Positions 24,903-34,875 of a stretch of DNA of 64,000 nt are shown in pieces. Below the pieces are notes generated by a model, which had not been told where the DNA came from, did not search any database, and saw nothing but the letters and a program-made list of their open reading frames with translations. The DNA is from a virus. The DNA lies in the IMG/VR virus record IMGVR_UViG_3300006735_000013, positions 32,001 to 96,000 of that record. One strand, written 5' to 3'. The position numbers and the translations under genes are program-made. How positions within the stretch are numbered: position 1 is the stretch's first letter; each line of letters starts with the position of its first letter.

Positions 24903-25580
24903 TTAGACAATTTCGTCAGCAATTCCCAAGTTAATTGCCTCCTCCGCTGAGATGTAGACATCTCTTTGCGTCTTTAACATCTTCTTGATCTTAGATTTTG
25001 TCATCTTGGTATTTGCAGCCAAGACTTCAATATACTTTTCTTGGATCCACTTGATCTCTTCTAAATCGTTTTCCATGTTGAAAATCGTGCCACCGGTACC
25101 GGCCATGACATTGTGAAGCATAATACGGCAATGGCGAGCGACTTTGCGCTTGCCGGGTGTGCCGGCGGCGAGAATGGGAACACCTGCTGACATCACTTTG
25201 CCAATACCATAAGTGGAAATATCACAACAGCTTTTCTTGATCATCTCCATAATATCTAGTATTGAGAACATGTCACTTGCAGAGCCGCCATGTGTCGAGA
25301 CATATATATTGATTGGGCGCGACACAGTAATTATCTCAGAGTCTGGATCCGTTGGATCTTTTAGGGCCGGGGTTAATGCTGTGCTCTCAAGATATAAGAG
25401 TGCTGCGACGACCTCTGACCCTTTCTGTTCAGTTATATCACCATATAAACTTATTGTTCTGAGTTCTGGAGCTTGATCTTGCTGTGTCTGTATATTATTT
25501 ATGACAACAATCTGCTTGTCGTCTTCTAGAAGATCCTTGTTCTTCTTTTTCTTCTGCTCTTTGTTTTTCTTTTTGGTCAT
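24903..25580 (-). CDS. clpP: ClpP-like protease subunit
   Basis: STHGGS, GKVMSAG (catalytic Ser), IMLH (His), RDVYISAEEA..LGIAD. Confidence 0.9.
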   Translation of the reverse strand: MTKKKNKEQKKKKNKDLLEDDKQIVVINNIQTQQDQAPELRTISLYGDITEQKGSEVVAALLYLESTALTPALKDPTDPDSEIITVSRPINIYVSTHGGSASDMFSILDIMEMIKKSCCDISTYGIGKVMSAGVPILAAGTPGKRKVARHCRIMLHNVMAGTGGTIFNMENDLEEIKWIQEKYIEVLAANTKMTKSKIKKMLKTQRDVYISAEEAINLGIADEIV

Positions 25581-25831
25581 TTCGCCTCTTGTAAATTTAT
25601 GATAATTTTTTGATTATGGATTTTCTTTCTCTCTACGAGATATATCACATTTTCTAGCCTTTCTTCAAACAAAAGTATTGTTTCGTTTGCGTCTGGATGA
25701 AACCCTGTTCCGACCCTTTTCCAACCTTCGAGTAATGTGACAACCTCCTTTCTAAGGTCAGGCCTAAAAGATAGTTGAAGTCTAAGTTTCCCATTTGCTG
25801 CCCAGTATATTCCTGTAATTTGCTCTTGCAT
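25577..25831 (-). CDS. hypothetical protein
   Basis: GGAGG RBS; TGGACA-17nt-TATAAT upstream. Confidence 0.6.
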   Translation of the reverse strand: MQEQITGIYWAANGKLRLQLSFRPDLRKEVVTLLEGWKRVGTGFHPDANETILLFEERLENVIYLVERKKIHNQKIIINLQEAK

Positions 25832-25900
25832 GACAAACACCCTCCGTGAGCGATAGTGTTTGTTATAACTATTATACCAAACAAGCTTTAGCTTGTCCAT

Positions 25901-25929
25901 AAAAAAAACCCCAAAGATATTCTTTGGGG
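25901..25929 (-). terminator. rho-independent terminator
   Basis: CCCCAAAGA/TCTTTGGGG stem followed by T8. Confidence 0.75.
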
Positions 25930-25961
25930 CTTTATGTATAAATGAGTTTTATTACAGGGGC

Positions 25962-26642
25962 TTAGCCTCTTGCTCTTTCCCTGACTATTCTTTTAGTCAC
26001 TCTGCGGAGAATCTCTTGGACCAGTTCTTCGTCTTCCTCTTCTCCGGCAGGTTCAGCGTCCATCTCAACATCCATCTCATCGTCACCGCCCATGTCACCC
26101 ATGTCACCCATGTCACCGCCCATGTCACCCATGTCGCCTTCGGCTTCCATAGCTTCCTTTAATCTCTCTCCGAGATCAATTAGAAGTTGTGCTTCTTCTT
26201 CTGTGAGGCTGATGTCTGCCTCACCCATCTCTTCAGGGCCTGCGTCTTCCATGTCCATCCCCATGTCCATGTCATCCTCGCCCTCGTCATCCATTCCAGG
26301 ATCATCGCCGGCATCGTCCGGTGCGTCTAGTTCTTCTTCCCCTTGTTCGAAAAGCTCATCAACGTCTTCGTCAATCTCTTCTACCTCTTCTTTCGTTAGG
26401 TGGTCAATATTTCTAAGGGCGGTCTTGAGGCCTTTGGGGTCGTAGTTTTTGGAATTCTTCTTGGGCTTCTTCTTGGCCGTGGCTTCTTTGTCGTCTTTGG
26501 CTTTTCTTTCGGCTTCGGCTTTTTTTTCGGCTTCGGCTTTGGCATTGGACTCTCGGACGAAGTTATCGGTAAGCGAATCCATGTTCGCCAATTTCATAAA
26601 GCGTCGTACTGTGTTTTCGCTTAGCAATTTCTTGTCACTCAT
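25962..26642 (-). CDS. acidic low-complexity protein (scaffold/internal-head-like) with GDM repeats
   Basis: LLSENTVRRFMKLA N-terminus, D/E/M/G-rich middle. Confidence 0.7.
   Translation of the reverse strand: MSDKKLLSENTVRRFMKLANMDSLTDNFVRESNAKAEAEKKAEAERKAKDDKEATAKKKPKKNSKNYDPKGLKTALRNIDHLTKEEVEEIDEDVDELFEQGEEELDAPDDAGDDPGMDDEGEDDMDMGMDMEDAGPEEMGEADISLTEEEAQLLIDLGERLKEAMEAEGDMGDMGGDMGDMGDMGGDDEMDVEMDAEPAGEEEDEELVQEILRRVTKRIVRERARG
26083..26138. repeat. 9-nt tandem repeat (CATGTCACC) encoding GDM
   Basis: about 5-6 imperfect copies. Confidence 0.8.
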
Positions 26643-26712
26643 TTATAAAATCTCCTTTGCGTACAAAAATGGTGTAAAATACAATAATAAATAGTGTAAA
26701 ATTTATATAAAA

Positions 26713-26916
26713 TCATTTTTTTATTCTCTTGGAAAGTTTCTTTAGGGCCAACTTTTCAATCTGTGAAACTCTCACCAAAGATATACCCAATCTTTTGGAA
26801 ACCTCATCTAAGGTCATAGCTCCGTGTTTTTCAATAGCAGTGTAGATACAATTGTTGTCCTCCGGGTAGTCTATCCAACACCTACTGTCCTCTTCTTCAC
26901 AACATTTCTTTTTCAT
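26713..26916 (-). CDS. stand-alone sigma-70 region 4 HTH protein with Cys-rich N-terminus
   Basis: MTLDEVSKRLGISLVRVSQIEKLALKKL. Confidence 0.82.
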   Translation of the reverse strand: MKKKCCEEEDSRCWIDYPEDNNCIYTAIEKHGAMTLDEVSKRLGISLVRVSQIEKLALKKLSKRIKK

Positions 26917-26919
26917 ATT

Positions 26920-27234
26920 TTATTCAAAATCTCCTTCTAGTATATCATAAATGTTTTGTTTGTCTTCGTCACTTAGTGCAAAATCACTTGCAATCTCATG
27001 TCCTGCTAAGATTTCTTTTTGCGATCTTTCTATCTTTTGCTTACCCATGGTGCGAAGCTTGCTCTTAATTTTAGCTATCACTTTAGCGAAATCTTTATCA
27101 TTATCAACATAAAGGCAAACCAGCTCCCTAAAAAAATTACCTTGCGTAATCTTATCGTACCTCAGTCTAGTAACAAGCCTGGCATATTGGTCTTCCTTGT
27201 CAACAAAGACAACTTTCTTTTGTTGCACTTTCAC
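26920..27234 (-). CDS. hypothetical protein (RHH-like N-terminus)
   Basis: coupled ORF. Confidence 0.6.
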   Translation of the reverse strand: MKVQQKKVVFVDKEDQYARLVTRLRYDKITQGNFFRELVCLYVDNDKDFAKVIAKIKSKLRTMGKQKIERSQKEILAGHEIASDFALSDEDKQNIYDILEGDFE

Positions 27235-28268
27235 CTCTTCAAGATATGAGTACTGCTTTCAAGCTGACCTGCATGCGTCTGGTGTATAAAATTAGACTTT
27301 GCTTGTAGCTGAGATATGCTTCTAGCACCAGAATAAGAAAGTCCAGATTTTATATTCCTTTCAAGGTTTTCAATGATAGCACTCACGTTTCCTCTGTGAG
27401 GGATTGTTGTAGAGATACCCTCCAATGAGCGCGCTTTGCCTCTCCAGTCCATTTGTGCCTCTACGCTGGCCATGCCCCTATAGACCTTGTATTTCCTGTC
27501 GTCTGTGCCACTAAGGACCTCTCCTGGTGTCTCGTCTGTGCCTGCCAACATTGAGCCCAGCATAACAAAGTCAGCGCCGGCTGCCAGTGCTTTCACGATG
27601 TCGCCTGCGGTCCTAATCCCGCCGTCAGCGATAATAGTTGCTCCATCAATGGCTGCGCAATCCAAAACAGATTGAAATGTAGGCATGCCATGGCCGGTTT
27701 GGATTCTTGTAGAACAGATGGATCCTCCGCCGATTCCAATCCTAACTGCATCAGCACCCCAAGCTGATAGATCGTGGTATGCTTCAGGCGTGGCAATATT
27801 TCCTGCCATCACCAAAACATTGTCCGCAAAAGTATCTTTCAGCTTTTTGATTGCCGACTCTGCCATAGTGTGGTGACCATGAGCAACGTCCAAACAAAGA
27901 ACCCTAACTCCATTTTCGACTAGCAATCTAGCTCTTTTTTCAAAGTCTTCCGAAGAGCCAATGGCGACGGCTAACTTTGAAGAATAACTATTGCCCTCCT
28001 CCTCTAAGCGCATTCGAGCATCGGCAAAAACGCTAGCCTGATGAACTACTGAGTTGTACCTGTGCAGCACTCCTAAGCCTCCTAGTTTAGCCATGGCGCA
28101 CATCATCTCGCATTCTGTAACTGTGTCCATGGGACTAGAGATGATAGGTATCCTGAATTCTGTACTTCCAATTTTTGAGGTAATGTCAACCTCCTCTCTG
28201 CTTTTGATGTCACTCTTGGCCGGAACCAAGAGTACATCGTCAAAGCAATAAGTCTGCCTAAGTTTCAT
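27231..28268 (-). CDS. guaB: IMP dehydrogenase / GMP reductase family enzyme (no CBS domains)
   Basis: [46 protein letters not shown]. Confidence 0.9.
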   Translation of the reverse strand: MKLRQTYCFDDVLLVPAKSDIKSREEVDITSKIGSTEFRIPIISSPMDTVTECEMMCAMAKLGGLGVLHRYNSVVHQASVFADARMRLEEEGNSYSSKLAVAIGSSEDFEKRARLLVENGVRVLCLDVAHGHHTMAESAIKKLKDTFADNVLVMAGNIATPEAYHDLSAWGADAVRIGIGGGSICSTRIQTGHGMPTFQSVLDCAAIDGATIIADGGIRTAGDIVKALAAGADFVMLGSMLAGTDETPGEVLSGTDDRKYKVYRGMASVEAQMDWRGKARSLEGISTTIPHRGNVSAIIENLERNIKSGLSYSGARSISQLQAKSNFIHQTHAGQLESSTHILKR

Positions 28269-28503
28269 CTTCTAATGCCTCCTGACCTTCCTCGTAACAC
28301 TCGGTACACAGAAGGTCTATGTTTTCACTTTCCTGGTTGATCTTCCAATTATCAATATTCTGGCCGGCCTCTGGGCGTTTGCCGCATGCAGAACAAGCAA
28401 CCATCATCTTGAACTGTTTCATTTTAGACCTAAAGTCTTTCATGAATTGCTTTTTTGCGGCGTTCATTTGCTTTCTTTTTAGTTTCCTTGCAAATCCCAT
28501 CAC
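28258..28503 (-). CDS. small zinc-finger protein
   Basis: CSAC...CTEC. Confidence 0.6.
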   Translation of the reverse strand: MMGFARKLKRKQMNAAKKQFMKDFRSKMKQFKMMVACSACGKRPEAGQNIDNWKINQESENIDLLCTECYEEGQEALEDET

Positions 28504-28976
28504 GTATCTCCGGTGGAACCAAGAGATCCGGAACCTCTGGATGTTTTGCCGCCATAGACACTATCTTCTTCAATAAGCTTGAGGTCTGGTTTTTCAATTC
28601 TGACAAAAACTCCTTGGGCGATTTTTTGGCCAGGTGAAATATACTGTGGCTCGTTTCCTATGTTCTGAAGGTTTACAAAAATCTCCCCATTGTAACCTTC
28701 GTCTACTACACATGCACCGGTGACGAGCTGCTTCTTACTCGCAACACCAGACTTGTTCATAATCTGTAACATGCAGCCGCGAGGGACCTCCATCTTGACA
28801 CCGGTTTCTAACAGAGCGCTTGAGCCTGGCTCAACAGTCATAAGCTCTGGGGTCGATGGGCAGAAGAAAAAATCCATACCTGCATCCGTAGAGTGGGCCC
28901 TTACAGGCAGTTTTGCCATAGGTCTAGTCTTGTACACTCTTACTCTATCGTTTGTTTCATCAAAGATCATTAACAT
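28500..28976 (-). CDS. dut: trimeric dUTPase
   Basis: AGMD, KSG, VVDEGYNGE, KIAQ, RGSGSLGSTG. Confidence 0.93.
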   Translation of the reverse strand: MLMIFDETNDRVRVYKTRPMAKLPVRAHSTDAGMDFFFCPSTPELMTVEPGSSALLETGVKMEVPRGCMLQIMNKSGVASKKQLVTGACVVDEGYNGEIFVNLQNIGNEPQYISPGQKIAQGVFVRIEKPDLKLIEEDSVYGGKTSRGSGSLGSTGDT

Positions 28977-29614
28977 ACTCCTTTTTCTAATAAATCGTTT
29001 TCTTCAATAAGTGTATAGGTAAAGCTGTTTCCCCATTTATCTGCGGATTCTTGACATGTATCCATAAACTCATAAAAATCTTTGCTACTTTGGAAAACTT
29101 GACAACCCGCGGAGACGCCTCCGGTATTCACTCTAGCATCCGACCCCCAATGGCGATGGATGTTGATCCCAAACCAGCCCTGCTCCTCTGGGTTGTGATA
29201 GTCAGGCTTAGAGTCTCTGTTGTTGTCTCTGACCACTCTGACTTGGGCGCCACGTTGAATCAGAGCTGTGTAGCTCCTTTTGCCACCGTGAGTACCTATT
29301 CTGTAGGTGGAACGGTACTGGTCCGGAACAAGGATAGCAGTGCCTTTGTGTTGCACTGATCTTAGAGGCCTTTTGAGAATACTTGGGCCCGGCTCGGTAG
29401 TGGCTGGATACACATCACACACCCACTCTCCGTCGGTTTTGTAAAGTATGTTCAGAAAGTCATCAAACTTCGAAGCATCTCCTGAATCGTTTCTTACACC
29501 CACAATATTCAAATTGTAGTCTCCCTTTTCGAAGAAGGTGTATTTCTTTTCTGTAAATACCTTCTTATATTGTTCTACCATAACTTTGGCAGAAAGTCCA
29601 GTTAATCTTGACAT
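28970..29614 (-). CDS. L,D-transpeptidase-like (YkuD-type) cell-wall enzyme
   Basis: GINIH...SAGCQV His/Cys catalytic pattern. Confidence 0.55.
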   Translation of the reverse strand: MSRLTGLSAKVMVEQYKKVFTEKKYTFFEKGDYNLNIVGVRNDSGDASKFDDFLNILYKTDGEWVCDVYPATTEPGPSILKRPLRSVQHKGTAILVPDQYRSTYRIGTHGGKRSYTALIQRGAQVRVVRDNNRDSKPDYHNPEEQGWFGINIHRHWGSDARVNTGGVSAGCQVFQSSKDFYEFMDTCQESADKWGNSFTYTLIEENDLLEKGVC

Positions 29615-29624
29615 ATTTATTCTC

Positions 29625-32600
29625 CTATGCTAAAAGCTTGAACATTTTTCTTACACTAAAAGTTGAAAATCCCCAATTGGGATCATACTTCAGTCTAGCC
29701 ATATATGGCCTGTTGATGTGAACCACATCCTTGTCCGGGTCAACACCCCAACATCTAATGGTTGTTGTCTCGTTGTTATCATCAATCACCTTTACTACAT
29801 AGAAGTTCTTTCCATTCTTTGACTTTTTTAGCTTGCACTCACGCGGAATAAACCAGGTGACTCCTAGGTCTGGGTCGAATTCTGAGATGGGTGGAACATA
29901 AAGCTCATCTAGCTTATTTCTCACTCTCGGTGTGACCACTGCATTGATCGGAAATACACCAGTCAAATTGACCAAATACTCAAGCTTTTCCTCTTCCGAA
30001 AAGTCACCTTCTGGTTCGTACTTGTCTATATTTTCTAGCAGATTCTTTTCTTTCCTTGGTCTATCCACGCAAACCGCGGACCAAAAGTGCTTGAGGCCGG
30101 TGAACCTTTCGTCGATCAACTCACTCAGTGCCTGGGCCCTGCATAGAGCATCCAAGGCTTTCTTGTTTAGTTTGGAATATCTAACTTCAGGATGAAATAA
30201 AAATTCTTCAACGTTGTTGAACGGGCGGTGCTCGATGATCTGCTGAATTGCAACCTCGCCTAGTCCCTTGATCGAAGTTAGTGGCTGAACTAGGGTCTTA
30301 CCTGCATCGCTAACTTCCCAGACTGTGCCACTAGTGTTGACGTTAAGTGGCTCTACCTTATAGCCCATTGACTTTGCAGTGGAAATGGCTCTTTCTTTTC
30401 TCTTTTCTGGCTCTTTATCCAGAAATGCGGCCAGCCACTCAGCTGGATAGTAGTTGAGCAGCCAAGCACATTGAAAGGACAGAATGCAGTAAGATACCGC
30501 ATGAGACTTGTTGAAGCCGTAACCTGAAAAGTATTCAAACTTGTTCCACAGCTCTCTTGCTTCGTGAGATGGTATACCCTTCTCTAGACAACCCTTATGA
30601 AACTTGTCAAAGATCTTATCCTTCTCCTCCACTGCAGCGCCTGTTCCCTTCTTGGTCAAAAGCTTGCGGAGCTTGTTGCCCTCGTCAAGAGTCAAGTCCT
30701 TACCCAGCTTGTGAGCGAGCATCGCGATTTGTTCTTGGAAGATTAGAAAGCCGTATGTCTCTTCCGTGACCTCTCTAACAATATCATTTAGATAGTCAAC
30801 GTCGTCGGGGTTCTGCTTTGCCCCAATAAACATCTTATCCACACCAGCTGACAGTGGGCCCGGGCGATAGATACTTGTAATAGAAGCAAGGTCTGTAATG
30901 TTATCAGGTTGTGCATTCTTACAGAATGATTGGGCGCCGCCTTCTGTGAACTGAAAGATGCCGGCCCACTTGCCTTTGTGGAAGACATTCTCCCATACTT
31001 GCGTATCTTCTAGGTCAATCTTGTCTGGGTGAAGATGTTCGTTGTAAAATGCTCTAACGTCTTCGAAGCTTGGGTTCTCCACATTATGGTGCCTTTTCAG
31101 GATTCTTTCCACGGCGCCTTCCATCATGCGCAAGGAAGCTAGGCCGAGGATATCAAACTTGATAAAACCCATAGGTTCAAGATGGCGTACGTTTTGGCCT
31201 TCGCTCCAAGGTGTCTGCCTTACGCCGCCGCTATTAATTAGCGGCATCCACTTATCTAGTTGCTCACCAACAACCACACCTCCAGCATGTCGACTAGCTG
31301 ACCTGGTTTGGCCATATAGAGTTTCTACGTGTGTTTTGATGTGTGGGTATTTTTGCAAAAACTTCTGCAGTGTTTCCGAATACTGCATCAGCTCTTCAAA
31401 TGTTGGTGCATAAACCCCAGCAGTGATCCCGTGTGCTTTCTTGGCAAGAGGTGTCGCCTCGTGGACCATCTTACTGGTTACGTTGTTAACTTCGGTAAAC
31501 TCGATACCATAAAACTTTGAGATATCTTTGATCAGAGATCTTAGCTGCAACGTGTTCCAATTGGTGATCGGCACCACAACATTATCCCCCCATTCATCAA
31601 TGAGGTGTTCTTTCAGCAACATAGGGTCAGAAACATCATAATCGATATCTGGGTATCCAGATCCTCCTTTTGTCAAGAATCTCTCGAATTGCAAACCATA
31701 CTTGATTGGATCAACTTGGGTAATGCCTAACACGTAGGACACTAGAGATCCGGCCGCTGAGCCGCGGCCAGGACCAACAAGTTGTCTGTTGACGGCCATA
31801 TCCGCGATGGCCTTCATAGTCAAGAAGTATTTGGAGAAGCCTCGCTTCTCAATAACATCGACTTCGTACCTTAGTCGATTAACATAGTCCTGCCTTTCAT
31901 GTAGATCTAGAGACCTAAGACCCTCGACAGACAATGCAGCCAAGGTTTGGCCGGCTGTACTTCCTTCAGGAACCACAAACTCTGGCAGGCGTACTGTGTT
32001 GTCAGGTATAAATTTGTCTATTCTTTTGTGTGCTATCTCATGAGTCCTTGTGATGGATTTCATGACGAGGTCATCGTCATATTCTACACCAGCTAATTTA
32101 GAATACTTCTTATACGACTCCCACATCTGAGATCCATTCTTTGGGTATAGCTCGTACCCTATTTCCTCTACCGAAGTTGGCAACTCTTCACTCAGATAAT
32201 CTGGGCGGCCTTTGCCTAGCCATCCTAGTCTTTTGTATAGTTCTCTGTCCTTCCAGACATCCGCATTGTAATAGTGACTATCTGCTGTTGAAATCAACTC
32301 AATGCCAAATTCATGGTGCATCTGTATAATATACTGGTTTAGATCATGCTGCTCAGGCACATTGTTCCACTGTAATTCGCCATACCACCTATCTCCGAAA
32401 ACGGATTGCATTTTTTGCGTTGTAGTGCGCATTGCATCAAGAATTGCATCGGGGCCATCGTCTCTGTTTTCCCAGTAGTTGCCTGCATAGACGCCGCCCA
32501 AACATGCTGAGGCTGCGATTACACCCTTGTTGTGCCTCTTTAGGAGAGCATAATCAACGCGTGGGTACCTATAGAAGTTATCACCAATGTAACTTGTAGA

Positions 32601-33059
32601 TATCATCTTGAAGATATTTTGGAGACCTTCTTGGTTTTGCGCCAAAAGTATCAGATGTCTTCTGCGGTTCAGGGCAGATTTCATCTTCTTTTTCGACTCT
32701 TCATTCTCTACGGTGGTACCGGAGTTTACAGCTTCGTACTCGGACTTCTTCTTGGCGGCAGCACGGACACTTTCATACTCTTCTTTCCAGTTCGCAACAG
32801 AGGGGATAAAATAGGCCTCGATGCCAAAAATTGGTTTGAAATCTTTTCCTTGAGACTTCATTTTATTTGCATGAAGGACCTGCCACGCTAGACCATTCAT
32901 GTTGCCATGATCTGTCAGTGCGAGTGCGTCCATACCATTGTTATAGGCGAAGTCCATGTGTTCAGGTGGGTACCCTAGTGCGTCGAAGGGCGACCCAGCA
33001 ACAGAATGGGCGTGAAGGCCCACAAAGGGAATATCTGTTTTAATTTTTGACTCTTGCAA
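29625..33059 (-). CDS. dnaE: DNA polymerase III alpha subunit
   Basis: PHP LHAHS/ALTDHG, GPGRGSAAGSLV, PDIDYD, HAGG, KFDILGL, YGFNKSHA. Confidence 0.96.
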   Translation of the reverse strand: MQESKIKTDIPFVGLHAHSVAGSPFDALGYPPEHMDFAYNNGMDALALTDHGNMNGLAWQVLHANKMKSQGKDFKPIFGIEAYFIPSVANWKEEYESVRAAAKKKSEYEAVNSGTTVENEESKKKMKSALNRRRHLILLAQNQEGLQNIFKMISTSYIGDNFYRYPRVDYALLKRHNKGVIAASACLGGVYAGNYWENRDDGPDAILDAMRTTTQKMQSVFGDRWYGELQWNNVPEQHDLNQYIIQMHHEFGIELISTADSHYYNADVWKDRELYKRLGWLGKGRPDYLSEELPTSVEEIGYELYPKNGSQMWESYKKYSKLAGVEYDDDLVMKSITRTHEIAHKRIDKFIPDNTVRLPEFVVPEGSTAGQTLAALSVEGLRSLDLHERQDYVNRLRYEVDVIEKRGFSKYFLTMKAIADMAVNRQLVGPGRGSAAGSLVSYVLGITQVDPIKYGLQFERFLTKGGSGYPDIDYDVSDPMLLKEHLIDEWGDNVVVPITNWNTLQLRSLIKDISKFYGIEFTEVNNVTSKMVHEATPLAKKAHGITAGVYAPTFEELMQYSETLQKFLQKYPHIKTHVETLYGQTRSASRHAGGVVVGEQLDKWMPLINSGGVRQTPWSEGQNVRHLEPMGFIKFDILGLASLRMMEGAVERILKRHHNVENPSFEDVRAFYNEHLHPDKIDLEDTQVWENVFHKGKWAGIFQFTEGGAQSFCKNAQPDNITDLASITSIYRPGPLSAGVDKMFIGAKQNPDDVDYLNDIVREVTEETYGFLIFQEQIAMLAHKLGKDLTLDEGNKLRKLLTKKGTGAAVEEKDKIFDKFHKGCLEKGIPSHEARELWNKFEYFSGYGFNKSHAVSYCILSFQCAWLLNYYPAEWLAAFLDKEPEKRKERAISTAKSMGYKVEPLNVNTSGTVWEVSDAGKTLVQPLTSIKGLGEVAIQQIIEHRPFNNVEEFLFHPEVRYSKLNKKALDALCRAQALSELIDERFTGLKHFWSAVCVDRPRKEKNLLENIDKYEPEGDFSEEEKLEYLVNLTGVFPINAVVTPRVRNKLDELYVPPISEFDPDLGVTWFIPRECKLKKSKNGKNFYVVKVIDDNNETTTIRCWGVDPDKDVVHINRPYMARLKYDPNWGFSTFSVRKMFKLLA

Positions 33060-33258
33060 TTACTGCCTCCAAATCATCTTTTATAATTTCCAAGTCCTCT
33101 AGCAGGGCTTGCTTCTGTTTAGTATTATGCACCACTTCCTCAAAAAAGTCACGAAAAAAACACTGCTGATCTGTAGAAAGATTATAAAAATTATATGGCA
33201 TCTTTGCAGCCTCCTTTCTGTGATATGGTACATTATCGTATACGGTTTCTAGTTTCAT
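33040..33258 (-). CDS. hypothetical protein
   Basis: coupled ORF. Confidence 0.55.
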   Translation of the reverse strand: MKLETVYDNVPYHRKEAAKMPYNFYNLSTDQQCFFRDFFEEVVHNTKQKQALLEDLEIIKDDLEAVIARVKN

Positions 33259-34106
33259 TCAATTTGTTCCTTTCTTATGAAAAATGGCTTTGACATTCCA
33301 CTGGGAATTTTTCTTATGTCTAAGTCAGATGTAAAATACTTCTGATACTCTTCCCAGGTAGCCGTAGTGTAGTATTTATCAAATTCTATCTTTTCACTTA
33401 CTTCTATATTATCATGAAAAAATATTTTGTCAAGTGTAAAATTTCTTGCAGACCATCTTTCCGCCAAGGGCAATCTCTTGTCGCCTCCTGTATTCGATTC
33501 GTTTATCTGCCTTCTAAATAAGAGCCACTCATCTGGGGAAAAAGAAAAAGGCAGGTAGGCGCCGTCCCTCACAGTCTTTCCCTGAAAGCTTCCGTACACA
33601 CTTTTTCCTGCTCTTATCTTGGCTCGAGCCTCTCTTATCTTTCTCGGGTCGACGATTCCGTATGGAAACGAAACAAAATAGTTTTTTGGTGTCGACCATT
33701 TGGATACCTTTCTAGATACTATAAAAGACGTCAGAGCCCCATGAAGAATCGACCAACCAAGCGAATCTCTTCTACTCCTGTCTTTTTGCAAAACCGGTGA
33801 GTAAAATATTGGTATATATTTTTTTGAAAGATCTGGTATTTTTTTATATTTCCAGCTCTCATAGATTACTGGATCTAAGACGTAGTCTCCTATTGTCTTT
33901 TTGATAATTGGTGCGGTGTCATCGTTACATATAATCCAGATAGATGAGCAGCCAACATAGGAGCATTCCAAAATAGACCTCTGTAGGCAGTTTACTCCCT
34001 CTCCAAGTGGGAGCAAGCAATCTGCCACGATCCCTCCGAGGTTATTCTCGTAACCATGAAGCGGTATGATGCCGACCGTATTTATGCCCTTTTTTGAATT
34101 TTCCAT
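33255..34106 (-). CDS. divergent nucleotidyltransferase (NTP_transferase-like) protein
   Basis: GIIPLHG...CLLPLG...SI.EC...G...IWI N-terminal pattern. Confidence 0.55.
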   Translation of the reverse strand: MENSKKGINTVGIIPLHGYENNLGGIVADCLLPLGEGVNCLQRSILECSYVGCSSIWIICNDDTAPIIKKTIGDYVLDPVIYESWKYKKIPDLSKKYIPIFYSPVLQKDRSRRDSLGWSILHGALTSFIVSRKVSKWSTPKNYFVSFPYGIVDPRKIREARAKIRAGKSVYGSFQGKTVRDGAYLPFSFSPDEWLLFRRQINESNTGGDKRLPLAERWSARNFTLDKIFFHDNIEVSEKIEFDKYYTTATWEEYQKYFTSDLDIRKIPSGMSKPFFIRKEQIE

Positions 34107-34875
34107 CTATTATCTTCTTTAGCGGTATTTTAGATATTATAACATTCTTATTGGAATGATACAAGTTGTTATCTTCTCTAAAGACAAATCTATTTATGTG
34201 TTTTATTTCCAGCTTTTTATAGATTCTCTGCCCGTTTTTGTACTTGCCTTTTTCATACCTGCCCTTGTATCCGTTATTAGCTAAGACGCTCGCAAGTTTG
34301 AATTTGGCCATTGTATCAGAAAAATCAAACTGATATATTTGTTCTTTAGTTAGTTTAGATATCGATACGATATCTGTAGGGTGTTTGCTGCCCTCTACTC
34401 TTCCCGAATTGTAGAAGTATGCCTTCCTGATGAAGTCGTCCTCTGTGCTAAAGATCGTGTCTTGGACATGGCGCGGGCTGATTCGAGACAAAGTAAAATC
34501 ATCGAGCACCATATAGGTCTCTAGCTTTTGTTTTCTTATTTTGTTCTCGTGGGCTACTTTATGGGTGTCGAATACTACACACTGATCAAAAGTGTACTGA
34601 TCTAGCAAACTTGAATCAAAAAATTTTATGCTGTTGTCCTTAATCCTTATTGATTCAAGATCCTTGTAATCTAGGTTCTTGGCCAAGAGGCCGTTATAGT
34701 ATTTAAATCTAAGCCACAGCTCTTTTTTACTGCTTGTCCCAAACATTCGAAAATCCTCATATTCCTCAAAAAAAAACGGTCTGAGGTTGCAAGTCTGGGT
34801 GTGATAACAGTCGTTTGTGAATGCATAGAAGACCGATTCAAAACAGTTTCCGATAACTATCCTGTCTAGATGCAT
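34042..34875 (-). CDS. hypothetical protein with degenerate Rossmann-like N-terminus
   Basis: RIVIGNCFESVFYA. Confidence 0.6.
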   Translation of the reverse strand: MHLDRIVIGNCFESVFYAFTNDCYHTQTCNLRPFFFEEYEDFRMFGTSSKKELWLRFKYYNGLLAKNLDYKDLESIRIKDNSIKFFDSSLLDQYTFDQCVVFDTHKVAHENKIRKQKLETYMVLDDFTLSRISPRHVQDTIFSTEDDFIRKAYFYNSGRVEGSKHPTDIVSISKLTKEQIYQFDFSDTMAKFKLASVLANNGYKGRYEKGKYKNGQRIYKKLEIKHINRFVFREDNNLYHSNKNVIISKIPLKKIIDGKFKKGHKYGRHHTASWLRE

